43,157 nt of DNA from an uncultured Aeromicrobium sp. (GCF_946221465.1 NZ_CAMJVP010000001.1:1-43157); one strand, 5' to 3'; shown: positions 9,345 to 19,204, numbered from the stretch's first letter. Program-made: numbers and translations. Notes: a model not told the origin generated them from the letters alone.

Positions 9345-10644
9345 GCTCATCACTTTCTACGACGGCCGCGAGATCGGTACCCTGACCCGCACTCCGAAAG
9401 GTCGCCTGACCTTCACCTACTCCCAGGACGCCGACGTCCCGCTCTCCCCCTCTCTCCCCTTGGCGGAACCGGCTCACCCACCCAAGGCTGTGGAGACGTT
9501 TGTTGAAGGCCTCTTGCCGGAGAACGAGGCCACCCGGACCAGGTGGGCCCGACGCTTCAAAACCTCGGCCCGCCCGTTCGACCTGCTCGCTCATATGGGC
9601 CTCGAATGCGCAGGGGCCGTCCAATTCGCGCCGGAGGAGCGCCGCGACGAGGTGACCTCCGGCGGCCACTACGAGCCCGTCGACGAGCAGTACATCGGCA
9701 AACGGCTGCGCGAGGTCGGAGCGGACGGGGCGTCATGGACTCGCCCCGATGAAGCGTGGTCGCTGGCTGGGGCGCAGGCAAAGTTCGCGCTCGCGTACAT
9801 CGATGGTCGATGGTTTGAAGCGCACGGCGCCGCACCCACGACGCACATCTTTAAACCGGGCATCAGCCGGCTGAAGCATCAAGCGTCCGTCGAGCACCTG
9901 ACTGCCCGCGTCTTCGACCGTCTCGGGGTTCGGGCAGCCCCGACTCGGATAGAGGCGTTCGATGGTGTGCCTGCTCTGGTGGTGACCCGATACGACCGCC
10001 GACGGGTCCCGCTCACTGCGTCGGCAGCCAGCAGGCGGCCCACTCCACCTCCTACCGGACGACCCGCGGGCTGGCACAACCGGATCGCCCGCGTGCACCA
10101 AGTCGACCTGTGCCAAGCACTGAAGTACAGCCCGCTGAACAAGTACGAGGCCGAACGCGGCCCAGGGATACGGCAGGTCGTTGACCTGCTCCGTCGTGTC
10201 GGGGACAACGGTGGAGTGGAGGCGTTCGCCAAGGCTGCGATCGCCAACGTGGTGACGGGCAGCCCGGACGCGCACGCGAAAAACTACTCATTGCTGTGGT
10301 TGGAGGGACGCTGGCTGCTGGCGCCCGTCTACGACGTAGCAACAGCCCTGCCCTACGACTCGTCCGTTGGCGAAATCGACACGGTTGCCATGGCGGTGGG
10401 CGGGGAGCGACGCCTCGATCGGATCGGACGTCATCACTGGGCAAAATTCGCCACCGCTGTCGGATTCCCTCAGGACACGGTTCACAGCTGGCTTTTCGAG
10501 ATGCTCGATGAGGTCGAGGCGGCTTTCAACGCGGAATTGGACATGCTGGATGTCGAACTGGGACAAAAAGAGTTGCGTGATCGACTGCTGCCCACGCTGA
10601 GTCACCACATCGCGCGACTGCGTCGGCTATATGCTCCCAGGTGA
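9337..10644 (+). CDS. hipA: HipA-family Ser/Thr kinase toxin
   Basis: N-domain LSPSLP...FVEGLLPEN; P-loop SLAGAQAKFAL; HIFKPG; catalytic DAHAKNYS; LAPVYD. Confidence 0.95.
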   Translation: MSELITFYDGREIGTLTRTPKGRLTFTYSQDADVPLSPSLPLAEPAHPPKAVETFVEGLLPENEATRTRWARRFKTSARPFDLLAHMGLECAGAVQFAPEERRDEVTSGGHYEPVDEQYIGKRLREVGADGASWTRPDEAWSLAGAQAKFALAYIDGRWFEAHGAAPTTHIFKPGISRLKHQASVEHLTARVFDRLGVRAAPTRIEAFDGVPALVVTRYDRRRVPLTASAASRRPTPPPTGRPAGWHNRIARVHQVDLCQALKYSPLNKYEAERGPGIRQVVDLLRRVGDNGGVEAFAKAAIANVVTGSPDAHAKNYSLLWLEGRWLLAPVYDVATALPYDSSVGEIDTVAMAVGGERRLDRIGRHHWAKFATAVGFPQDTVHSWLFEMLDEVEAAFNAELDMLDVELGQKELRDRLLPTLSHHIARLRRLYAPR

Positions 10645-10657
10645 GCGGGGACGAAAG
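10631..10657 (+). repeat. Solitary degenerate CRISPR repeat overlapping the hipA stop codon
   Basis: ATGCTCCCAG-GTGAGCGGGGACGAAAG vs the array-1 repeat: about 21 of 28 positions match with one gap. Confidence 0.6.
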
Positions 10658-10768
10658 CTTCGAAGTGGGTCCCCACCGCTGCCGATTGGCGTCGATTCGC
10701 GGGATTTCGCCGATCTCATGACCTCAGCTTCCCCGGTTGCCGGTTGACACCGGCCGTTTCTGATGGCC

Positions 10769-11280
10769 TCAGCCGAAAGGCCGGACCGGGATGAACTCCG
10801 CCAGCGGCACCGGGTCGCGGGTCACCTGGTGCTCCCGCAGCAGATGGACGTACTCGCCTTTGTCGATCACCCCGTCGTATTCCTCGAGCATGGCATCGTC
10901 GGCTTGGGCGGCGAAAAACACGAGTCGACGATCTGCTCGATGAGCGCATCACGCACCTCGATGAGAACCGCCCGCTCGTCGTCGTACAGCTCAGCCGTCG
11001 TCGGGTCATCGCCAAGCTCCGCACGAGCAGTCGGCGTCAGCGCCGATGAATGTACTGCCTGGAGCACGAGGTTGAGGCTGAAACGGCATCGGACCTTCTC
11101 GCGGGCGATCTCGTCCACCAGTGCGTTGTGAACAAAGATGCGGTCGACGAGGGGTCTTCCTCCAACATGTTCGACACGTCGGCGAGCGCGAGCTGCGGTC
11201 GCTCACCTCGCGGGACCGAGCCCTACGCCGACGGCGACGTCGCGAGCGGGGTCCTCTCCATGGCCGGCGTTGGAGCGGAT
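10769..11280 (-). pseudogene. Frameshifted remnant of an unknown gene
   Basis: Protein-like segments in different frames: ...ALADVSNMLEEDPSS / VDEIAREKVR...LIEVRDALIEQIVDS / AAQADDAMLEEYDGVIDKGEYVHLLREHQVTRDPVPLAEFIPVRPFG*. 5' boundary approximate. Confidence 0.45.
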
Positions 11281-11327
11281 GTCTTGTCAGCCGTCCGGGT
11301 CACGGCATAGTCTGCTTTCACGTTCTG

Positions 11328-11343
11328 TGTAATGATCGGTCCA
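11328..11343. promoter_or_regulatory. Putative TetR operator (variant copy)
   Basis: TGTAATGATCGGTCCA, 2 mismatches from the copy at 21656; ends 14 bp before the prpD-like ATG. Confidence 0.6.
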
Positions 11344-11357
11344 TAAATGGAGATGTC

Positions 11358-12689
11358 ATGAGCCACGCGAGAGAACTCGCCGAGTTTGCCACGACGGTTC
11401 ACATCGGAGCGGCGCCGCAGGTGGTCGTCGACAAGCTCAAAACCACCCTCCTGCACAACCTGGGAATGCTGCGTGCTGGGGGAGCGCTTTCCGACCCCGC
11501 TGTCCAGGTCGCCAGCCCTTCGGACTCTGCCCAAGATGCGACGCTCCTCTGGAGCGGGCGACGTGCGCACCGAGACCGCGCCGTTCTTGCCAATGCCGCG
11601 GCCATTCACGCGCGAACCCAGGACGATACGCATCTGCCGGCAATCACTCATCTGGCCGCGACATGCTTGCCACCGCTGCTGGCGACCGCTGAGCTCACCG
11701 GCGCATCGGGTCGGCAACTGCTCGATGCGATGCTCGCCTCCTACGAGGTCGGTGCCGCAGTCGCCGTTCCGATTGGCCCTCCGGCGTCGGCCCGAGGGTT
11801 TCGCCCCTCAAGTGTGTTGGGCGCAGTCGCAGCGAGCGTCGGCGTCGCCCGGCTGATGAAGCTGAACGCGGATCAGACAGTGTCGGCCATCGGTCTGGCC
11901 GCTTCCTTCGGCGGAGGCACCGGCCAGACCTGGGTCGCTGGAACGGGTGAATGGCAGTACCAGGTAGGTGTTGCAGGTCGCAACGGCCTACTCGCCGCTG
12001 AACTCGCAGCTACCGGAGTGACAGGAGCGCCCGACAGCCTGGAAGGCGCCGCCGGACTTTATGCTGCCTTCGCGGGGTTCAGCGATCTTCCCGGTGAGCC
12101 GTGGCGCTTGGGTACCACCTGGAGAACGCTGGACGTCACCTACAAGCCCTTCCCTGTCTGCGCCATCAATCAGATGCCGGTGACGATCTTGATTCAGATG
12201 ATGTCCGAACTCGAGTTCGGAGCCGAGGAGATCGCCTCGCTGGAACTTCGGCTGTCACCGGCGGAGGCCGCCTATCCCGGCACCGATGCGCCGGGTCCTT
12301 TCGACGGAGTCGGTAGCGCGCTGATGAGCGCTCAGTGGTGTCTCGCGATTGCTGCGATCGAGCGCGGCGTCACCCGCTCGATGGTCGAGGACCTTGCGCG
12401 CGAGGACTACCGTGAACTGGCGCGGCGTATCACAGTGACGAGCGATCCCGAACTCAACTCCGGTCAGTGCGTGATCTCGGTCAAGGGCGACCGTGGAGAA
12501 TGGTCGAGCCGCCAGGTGACGTGTACTCCTTCCTTCAACTGGGACTTCGATGAGGTCCACCGGCGGTTGGCAGCGCTGGGGGAGGAACGCGGCATGAGCA
12601 TGTCCGCCCTTGACGGACTCGCCACCTGCTTGAGGACGCTTGAGCACGCCAGCGCCGCCGACGTGATCCAAGCTCTGCTCGTCCCGTGA
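11358..12689 (+). CDS. MmgE/PrpD family protein
   Basis: AVLANAAAIHARTQDDTH...HLAA, RGFRPSSVLG, LEGAAGLY, YKPFPVCA motifs; GGAG SD before ATG 11358. Confidence 0.9.
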   Translation: MSHARELAEFATTVHIGAAPQVVVDKLKTTLLHNLGMLRAGGALSDPAVQVASPSDSAQDATLLWSGRRAHRDRAVLANAAAIHARTQDDTHLPAITHLAATCLPPLLATAELTGASGRQLLDAMLASYEVGAAVAVPIGPPASARGFRPSSVLGAVAASVGVARLMKLNADQTVSAIGLAASFGGGTGQTWVAGTGEWQYQVGVAGRNGLLAAELAATGVTGAPDSLEGAAGLYAAFAGFSDLPGEPWRLGTTWRTLDVTYKPFPVCAINQMPVTILIQMMSELEFGAEEIASLELRLSPAEAAYPGTDAPGPFDGVGSALMSAQWCLAIAAIERGVTRSMVEDLAREDYRELARRITVTSDPELNSGQCVISVKGDRGEWSSRQVTCTPSFNWDFDEVHRRLAALGEERGMSMSALDGLATCLRTLEHASAADVIQALLVP

Positions 12690-12713
12690 TCGAAGGCTCG
12701 CAACCACATCGGG

Positions 12714-13865
12714 CTACGTCGCCCCGAGCATTCGGCGGGCGATGACATCGCGCTGGATCTCGCTGGTTCCCTCGCCGATCTCCAGGATCTTGGCGTCGGA
12801 GTAGAACCGCGCGATGGCGCTCTCGCGCATGAACCCATAGCCGCCGTGAAGCTGCAGGCTGTCGCTTGCCACACGGTTGGCCATCTCCGAGGCATAGAGC
12901 TTGGCGATGGCGGCCTCCCGGCTGAAAGGCTGCCCGGAGTCGGCAAGCCAGGCCGCCCGATAGACCATCCACCGGGCAGTTTCCACGCCGGTAGCCATGT
13001 CGGCGATCTTGTGCCGCACGGCTTGGAAGCCGTGGAGCGGCCTTCCGAACTGGTGGCGATCTTGGACCTGGCGAAGCGCCAGGTCCAAGCAGGCCTGCGC
13101 CAATGACAGGCTCAGAGCGGCGACGCTGATCCGCCCGCCGTCAAGGACCTCCAGGAACTGCTTCAGGCCCCGACCTTCGTCCCCGATGAGGTGGTCGTCA
13201 CTCACCCAACACTGGTCGAAGACGAGTTCGCGGGTGTCACCGGCGTTCCACCCGAGTTTGTCGAGTGGCGCGCCCATGGTGAAGCCCTCAGTGCCCGCGG
13301 GAATGAAGAAGGTGCCGTACTGCTTGCGCCCGTCTGACTCGCCGGTGACCGCCAAGATGGTAACGCCCAGACTCATCTCAGTTCCGGCGTTGGAGATGAA
13401 CATCTTGGTGCCGTCGATGACCCAACCTCCGGCGTCTCGCCGCGCTCGGGTGCGAATCGACGCGGCGTCGGACCCCGCGGTCGGCTCAGTGAGGCCGAAA
13501 GCACCGATGTGCGTCCCCGTGGCCAAGGGACGCAGCCAGCGCTCCTTCTGCTCTGGGGTGCCGAAACGTGCCAGCGGCAGCGAGGCGATCGTGCAATGGG
13601 CATTCCAGCTCGATGCCACCGACTGGTCTGCTTTGCCGATCTCCTCCATCGCGGTCACGTAGGTGACGTAACCGGCGTCGGCGCCGCCGTATTCTTCGGC
13701 GATGAGCATGCCCATCAGACCCAGGTCGCCCATCTGCCGGAACACCTCGACGGGGAAGGTATGGTCGCGCGACCAGCGATCGGCGTGAGGGGCGATCTTC
13801 TCGGTAGCGAATGCGCGACAAAGGTCGCGCACTGCGAGAGTCTCCGGTGACAGAGAGAAATCCAT
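12714..13865 (-). CDS. Acyl-CoA dehydrogenase
   Basis: AFGLTEPTAGSDA, DGTKMFISN, RHQFGRPL..FQAV, QLHGGYGF, IGEGTSEIQR. Confidence 0.96.
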   Translation of the reverse strand: MDFSLSPETLAVRDLCRAFATEKIAPHADRWSRDHTFPVEVFRQMGDLGLMGMLIAEEYGGADAGYVTYVTAMEEIGKADQSVASSWNAHCTIASLPLARFGTPEQKERWLRPLATGTHIGAFGLTEPTAGSDAASIRTRARRDAGGWVIDGTKMFISNAGTEMSLGVTILAVTGESDGRKQYGTFFIPAGTEGFTMGAPLDKLGWNAGDTRELVFDQCWVSDDHLIGDEGRGLKQFLEVLDGGRISVAALSLSLAQACLDLALRQVQDRHQFGRPLHGFQAVRHKIADMATGVETARWMVYRAAWLADSGQPFSREAAIAKLYASEMANRVASDSLQLHGGYGFMRESAIARFYSDAKILEIGEGTSEIQRDVIARRMLGAT

Positions 13866-13875
13866 GTCAAGTCCT

Positions 13876-14943
13876 TCAGTTCGGTGCGCCGTGGCGCGGT
13901 GTCAGGAGGAGCTTCAAATCATCATGTGGTCCACTGCTCATCAGTTCGAACCACTGGGGTGCGTCCTCTAAAGGTGCGATTCGGGTCAGATAGGGCGATG
14001 GATCGAGACGCCGGGCGGCGATCAGCCCCAGGACCCGCTCGATATCGCGGTTGTAGCCCAGCGAGCCTCGGACCTGGCGCTCGTACAGCACCACCTGGCG
14101 TAGATCACATTCGATCGTGCTCGGACTGATGCCGGCGACTGCGAGAGTCCCGCCGCGCCGCAAAGACCGCAGGCCCAAGTCGAAGGCTTGCGGGTGCCCG
14201 GTGGCTTCGATGGCCGAGTCCGGCCCCTGTCGCCCGGTGCGCACGAAGACCTCTTTGCGCACGTCGCTCGTGCGTGGGTCGAAGACTTCCGTGGCTCCCA
14301 GGGATAGCGCCAGCTGGGCACGCTCGGGGACGGGTTCGCTGACGAAGATCTGCGTCGCGCCGAGCGCCGCCGCACTCAGCAGCGCTGCGATGCCGATGGG
14401 GCCGGCTCCGGTGATCAACACCGACGATCCGGCCGTGACGTCAGCCCGCTTGGCCGCGTGCAGACCGACGGCGAGCGGCTCCGCGACGGCTGCCTGCCTG
14501 GCCGTGACACCGTCGGGCACGGCGACGACCTGGACACGTGGGACGACGACCTTCTCGGCGAGCGCGCCATCGCAGGCCAGGCCAACTGATCCGCCCCGGG
14601 CGCACAAGTGGTAGTCCCCGCGCTCGCAGGCGGCGCATCGTCCGCAGCGCAGGCAAGGATCGACGGTGACGAGCTGGCCGATGCGCAAATCGTCGACACC
14701 GTCGCCGACTGCCGCGACAGTTCCGCTGAACTCGTGACCGAGCGTGATCGGTGGCTGCGCCCCGGTGAGCGGATGTGGTCCGGAGCGGATCATGACCGGA
14801 CCGTGCCGGAACTCGTGCAGATCGGTGCCGCAGATTCCGCAGGCCTCGACCTCGATCAGCACCTGATCTGGACCCGCCGTCGGCTCGTCGATGTCGTCGA
14901 TCCGAAGGTCCCCCGCGGCATGCCACCGCACAGCGCGCATCAC
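13876..14943 (-). CDS. Zn-dependent alcohol dehydrogenase (2,3-butanediol dehydrogenase-like MDR)
   Basis: CGICGTDLHE, GHEFSG, structural Zn CGRCAACERGDYHLC, GAGPIG. Confidence 0.93.
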   Translation of the reverse strand: MMRAVRWHAAGDLRIDDIDEPTAGPDQVLIEVEACGICGTDLHEFRHGPVMIRSGPHPLTGAQPPITLGHEFSGTVAAVGDGVDDLRIGQLVTVDPCLRCGRCAACERGDYHLCARGGSVGLACDGALAEKVVVPRVQVVAVPDGVTARQAAVAEPLAVGLHAAKRADVTAGSSVLITGAGPIGIAALLSAAALGATQIFVSEPVPERAQLALSLGATEVFDPRTSDVRKEVFVRTGRQGPDSAIEATGHPQAFDLGLRSLRRGGTLAVAGISPSTIECDLRQVVLYERQVRGSLGYNRDIERVLGLIAARRLDPSPYLTRIAPLEDAPQWFELMSSGPHDDLKLLLTPRHGAPN

Positions 14944-14980
14944 CGCTCACCTCCTGCGTGATGAGCAGTGCACTGCGGTG

Positions 14981-15634
14981 TCAGTCGTGGTCGAGCAGCT
15001 TCCTGGCGGCCGTCTCGGCGGCTTCCACCCCGGCTGTCGAGGCGCCGAAGCCCAACATGAGCGTGCGGAAGTAGGTGGTCGACAGATTCGAGGCATCCCA
15101 CGGCATGGTGCTGCGAGCCCACTGATACGTGTGGTTGTGCAGGTTCAAGAACTGCAAGGTGGCGAGCCGCGGATCGTCGACGGCCAGGTCGCCGTCGGTC
15201 GTTGCATCGATCAGCAGCTGCTGCACGATCTGCTCGAACTGCTTGCGCTGGGCGCGGAAGCGAGACCGGTTCTCTCCCGAGAGGTGGCGATAGTCGTGTT
15301 CGTAGACCCAGACGTGGTCGAGCCGCTCGAGAATGCCGTCGATGAGCTGTTGTGAAACGAGTCGCAGCCGCACCATCGCCGCGACGGGCAGCTTTTCGAT
15401 CCGGTTGGCGGCCTCCAACAGCGGACTCAGTACCCGGCTCTGGATTTCGACGAGCAGTTGCTCCTTGGACCCGATGTAGTAGTAGAGAGCTCCTTTGCCC
15501 AGGCCCACTTCCTTGCACAGATCGAGGATCCCGGTGGCCGCGTAACCCTGCTTCGCGAAGATCCGCGCCGCGTCGTCGATGATTTCCTGACGCCGACTCT
15601 CGAAGTCCGGGCCATGGCCGAGCGGGCGTGCCAT
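14981..15634 (-). CDS. TetR/AcrR-family transcriptional regulator
   Basis: RQEIIDDAARIFAKQGYAATGILDLCKEVGLGKGALYYYIGSKEQLL HTH; GAAGGA SD before ATG 15634. Confidence 0.93.
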   Translation of the reverse strand: MARPLGHGPDFESRRQEIIDDAARIFAKQGYAATGILDLCKEVGLGKGALYYYIGSKEQLLVEIQSRVLSPLLEAANRIEKLPVAAMVRLRLVSQQLIDGILERLDHVWVYEHDYRHLSGENRSRFRAQRKQFEQIVQQLLIDATTDGDLAVDDPRLATLQFLNLHNHTYQWARSTMPWDASNLSTTYFRTLMLGFGASTAGVEAAETAARKLLDHD

Positions 15635-15693
15635 CGACGGTTCCTTCCGCACGAATGCCGACCTGCCTGGGCGGCAGGGATCGAACGCTAAGT

Positions 15694-16494
15694 CTAGTCC
15701 CGTCCACGAGTGCTCCTTGCTTCGGTCGGATCCGTTCTGTCGCGCTCGAGGAAGCGCCGCATCGATTCCTCTCGCTGGGGGGTGGCGAAAGTGCCAGCCA
15801 GGAGTGAACGTTCCAGCGCCAGACCCTCGGGCGAGACCGGGCAGGCGGCGTCAACGGCTAGCTTGGCCGCGCGCAGCGCATGCGGCGATGCTGTGGCGAA
15901 CTCCCGGGCCATGGCGATGGCCCGGTCGAGGGTGTCACCGGGATCGGTCATCTCGTCGAGGAGTCCCAAAGCCAAGGCTTCGGCTGCCTGGACGTGACGG
16001 CCGGAGAAGATGAGCTGCTTTGCGGTGCTGCGCCCGACGATCTGAGTGAGGCGCTGTGTGCCGCCCGAGCCCGGAATGATGCCGAGCTTCACTTCCGGCA
16101 GTCCGATGACGCAGTCTCGAGAGCCGACGCGGATGTCGGCGGCGAGAGCCAGTTCCAGCCCCCCGCCGAGGGCGTAACCGTTGATGGCCGCGATGACGGG
16201 AACAGGTAGTTCCGCCAGGGCGGTGAAGGTCCGTTGAAGCCGTTCGTTCCATCGGCTGATCTCGCGGTAGTCCATGCGTGACAGCGCAGCGATGTCGGCG
16301 CCGGCAGCAAAATGGCGGGGCCCTCCGTGGATCACGCAGGCTCGCACGGAGTCATCGTCCGCCACGTGCCGTACCGCAGCGCTCAGTGCGTCACGTAGCT
16401 GAGAATCGATCGGATTGAGCGGTGGCCGTTGCAAGGTCAGGGTGACGACGGGGCCCTCGCGGCTGATGTGGACCGCGGGTCGGGCGCCAGTCAC
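15694..16494 (-). CDS. Enoyl-CoA hydratase/isomerase
   Basis: FAAGADI, AAINGYALGGGLELALAAD, PEVKLGIIPGSGGTQRL (both catalytic Glu present). Confidence 0.95.
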   Translation of the reverse strand: MTGARPAVHISREGPVVTLTLQRPPLNPIDSQLRDALSAAVRHVADDDSVRACVIHGGPRHFAAGADIAALSRMDYREISRWNERLQRTFTALAELPVPVIAAINGYALGGGLELALAADIRVGSRDCVIGLPEVKLGIIPGSGGTQRLTQIVGRSTAKQLIFSGRHVQAAEALALGLLDEMTDPGDTLDRAIAMAREFATASPHALRAAKLAVDAACPVSPEGLALERSLLAGTFATPQREESMRRFLERDRTDPTEARSTRGRD

Positions 16495-17219
16495 GACGGC
16501 TCACCCACAGCGGTCGCGACCATCTGCGCCAGTGTGTGCACCTGCGTGGGTGACGTCGCTGAGGTGGCGTGCACCCAGAGTTCCACCAGGGTGACGATCT
16601 CGACGGCGAACGCGTCACTGCCGCCGGGTACGACACGTCGCTGTTCGGTCCCCACGACCACGGTCAGCGGCGCCATGGGGGCTGGGAACGCGCGCGGAGC
16701 CAGGCCGCTGAGATCGATGATCTCGATCTCAGCCTCTGCGCGATCGGCCGCCTCGTGACCGCTGGTGAGTTGCCGTGCGATGGCCGCATCGTCCAGAAGC
16801 CAGATCGATTCGATCACCACCTCCCGCCAGTCGCCTTCGGCGGGTTGACGGAACTTCACCGGCACTGTTCCCCCGTGGGTGGCGCGTCGCTGCCGCGCAC
16901 ACGCTTTGGCGACGGCCGTGAGTCGCTGGGGGACGCTGGCCACGGCGCAGCGAACGTCGAACCCGAACCAGGTTCCCCCCGACGTTGGTGTCGTCAGCGC
17001 GCCCGCAGATGAGGGTGACGCCTGAGAGGCGATGGTCATGGCCTGCTTGAGCCGTATCGGCGACTCGACGGGCGCGTCGATACTCGACGGCTCAACGCCG
17101 GCGTCGCGAAGTGCGGCCCGGGCTGCGGGGGTGATCGCACGTCGAGCGCCAGAGCTCGAAAGAGGCTGTGGTTGAAAGGGCCAGGGTGGAGCCATGCCGG
17201 CACGGAGGGTCATCGTCAT
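16491..17219 (-). CDS. Degenerate 2-oxoacid dehydrogenase E2-like protein (no lipoyl domain, no DHRxxDG)
   Basis: ATGA overlap with the E1 stop; PSBD-like AITPAARAALRDAGVEPSSI; C-terminus resembles the E2 catalytic-domain end. Confidence 0.55.
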   Translation of the reverse strand: MTMTLRAGMAPPWPFQPQPLSSSGARRAITPAARAALRDAGVEPSSIDAPVESPIRLKQAMTIASQASPSSAGALTTPTSGGTWFGFDVRCAVASVPQRLTAVAKACARQRRATHGGTVPVKFRQPAEGDWREVVIESIWLLDDAAIARQLTSGHEAADRAEAEIEIIDLSGLAPRAFPAPMAPLTVVVGTEQRRVVPGGSDAFAVEIVTLVELWVHATSATSPTQVHTLAQMVATAVGEPS

Positions 17220-19204
17220 GCCGAGGTCACCACCTTGCGTGTCGTCTCGACGATGGCCGCTGCGTCCGGAAGCCAGAGGCGCTCCAGCGCGGCCGAGTAT
17301 GGACTCGGCATCGCGGGCGGGGCGACTCGAGCCACTGGTGCATCGAGATGCCAAAACCCCTCGTTGGCGGCGAGGGCAGCGATCTCGGCGCCCACGCCGA
17401 AGTCCTGAACCGCCTCGTGGGCGATGACCAGCCGGTGCGTCTTACTCAGCGAATCGACGATGGTGGACCGATCGAGGGGAGTGATCGTGCGCAGGTCGAT
17501 CACTTCGGCGTCGATGCCTTCGGCGGCCAACTCCTGAGCCGCCTTCAGCGCCTCGGTGAGCATGCGCGACCAGCTCACGATGGTCACGTCGGCGCCCTCA
17601 CGCACGATCTTCGCCTTGCCCAGGGGTACGAGATGATCAGGCCCGGGGCGCGGGCCCTTCATCCCGTATTGAAGGCGGTTCTCGACGAAGATGACCGGAT
17701 TGGGGTCATGGATGGCTGCCCGAAGCAGTCCGTAGGCGTCGGCGGGATTGGATGGCATGACGACCGTGAGACCGGGAATGTGGGCGAGGATCGCTTCGAG
17801 ACTCTGCGAATGCTGACTTCCCGACGAACGCCCGGTACCGAATTGAGTACGCACCACCAACGGCATGGCGGCTTTTCCGCCGGTCATGAAGCGCAGTTTG
17901 GCGGCCTGATTCATCAGCCCGTCCAGGCAGACGCCGATGAAGTCCATGTACATGATCTCGACGATCGGCTTCATGCCCGCCATCGCTGACCCGACGGCCG
18001 TGCCGATCACCGCAGTCTCGGAGATCGGAGTGTCGCGGACCCGATTCGGATGGGTTTGCTCCAGGCCCCGAAACAGACCGAAGACATTGCCCTGTGCCAC
18101 ATCGATACCTGCCAGGAACACCGCCGGATCGCTGTCCATCTCCCTCTCGATGGCCTCGCGGATGGCGGTCATCATCTTGAACGGCTCACCCTGTGGCTCG
18201 GCAGGCTCCGGCACCTCGGGGCGCTCGGCGTAGACGTGGTCGAAAAGCGTCTCGGCCGCTGGCGCCGGCGCGGAACGCGCGCTGGTGACGGCATACTCGA
18301 TCTCCGCGTCGATCTCGGCGTCGATCTCGTCGAACTCGTCGGATGAGATTCCCAGTTCCTCCCCGCGAGAGCGCATGAGGACGAGCGGATCCCGAGCTTT
18401 CCACGTGGCGAGTTCCTCATCGGTGCGGTACCGCTGGGGGTCTCCTTCGTAATGTCCGTGCCATCGGTAGGTTTCGGCCTCCACCAGAACCGGTCCGCCT
18501 CCGGCCCGCACTCGGTCGACGACCTCGCCCATCAGTTCTGCGACGGCCAGCACGTCGTTGCCGTCGACATGCTGGTAGTCGATGCCGTACCCGGCGGCCC
18601 GCTGTTCCAGACTTGCGCGGTGCTGGTTGTCGGCGTGGGAGAACTCCGCGTAGTGGTTGTTCTCGCACAGGAAGATGACCGGCAGATCCCAGACCGCCGC
18701 GAGGTTGATCGCCTCATGGAACATCCCCTGACCGACGGCGCCATCACCGAAGAAGGAGACGACGACATCGCTGCGTTCGCGTAGTTGCGCGGCCGTCGCG
18801 GCGCCGACGGCGATCGGTAGGCCCGCCGCGACGATGCCGTTGGCGCCGAAGATGCCCCGTTCAGGATCGGCGATGTGCATCGATCCACCGCGCCCGTGGT
18901 TGGTTCCGCTCTCGCGGCCCATGAGTTCAGCCATCATCTCCGCGGCGCTCAGGCCCTTGGCCAGGCAATGACCGTGGCCCCGGTGGGTCGAGGTGATGAC
19001 ATCGTCATCGCCCAGATGCCAACACGCTCCGACTGCCGTAGCCTCTTGGCCGATCGACAGGTGGACGAAGCCGGGGATCTCGGTTGCCTTGTACAGCTGC
19101 GAGGCACGTTGCTCGAAGACACGGATGCGACGCATGTCGCGGTACATACGTCGCGCGTTCTCGGCGTCTACCTGACCTGCTCGATGCGCTGTTGTGGTCA
19201 CCAT
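17216..19204 (-). CDS. Fused TPP-dependent dehydrogenase E1 alpha+beta (acetoin/2-oxoacid dehydrogenase-like)
   Basis: GFVHLSIGQEA, STHRGHGH, GDG...ENN TPP motif, YRWHGHYEGD; beta half DTPISE, QHSQSLE, EVIDLRTITPLD. Confidence 0.93.
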   Translation of the reverse strand: MVTTTAHRAGQVDAENARRMYRDMRRIRVFEQRASQLYKATEIPGFVHLSIGQEATAVGACWHLGDDDVITSTHRGHGHCLAKGLSAAEMMAELMGRESGTNHGRGGSMHIADPERGIFGANGIVAAGLPIAVGAATAAQLRERSDVVVSFFGDGAVGQGMFHEAINLAAVWDLPVIFLCENNHYAEFSHADNQHRASLEQRAAGYGIDYQHVDGNDVLAVAELMGEVVDRVRAGGGPVLVEAETYRWHGHYEGDPQRYRTDEELATWKARDPLVLMRSRGEELGISSDEFDEIDAEIDAEIEYAVTSARSAPAPAAETLFDHVYAERPEVPEPAEPQGEPFKMMTAIREAIEREMDSDPAVFLAGIDVAQGNVFGLFRGLEQTHPNRVRDTPISETAVIGTAVGSAMAGMKPIVEIMYMDFIGVCLDGLMNQAAKLRFMTGGKAAMPLVVRTQFGTGRSSGSQHSQSLEAILAHIPGLTVVMPSNPADAYGLLRAAIHDPNPVIFVENRLQYGMKGPRPGPDHLVPLGKAKIVREGADVTIVSWSRMLTEALKAAQELAAEGIDAEVIDLRTITPLDRSTIVDSLSKTHRLVIAHEAVQDFGVGAEIAALAANEGFWHLDAPVARVAPPAMPSPYSAALERLWLPDAAAIVETTRKVVTSA

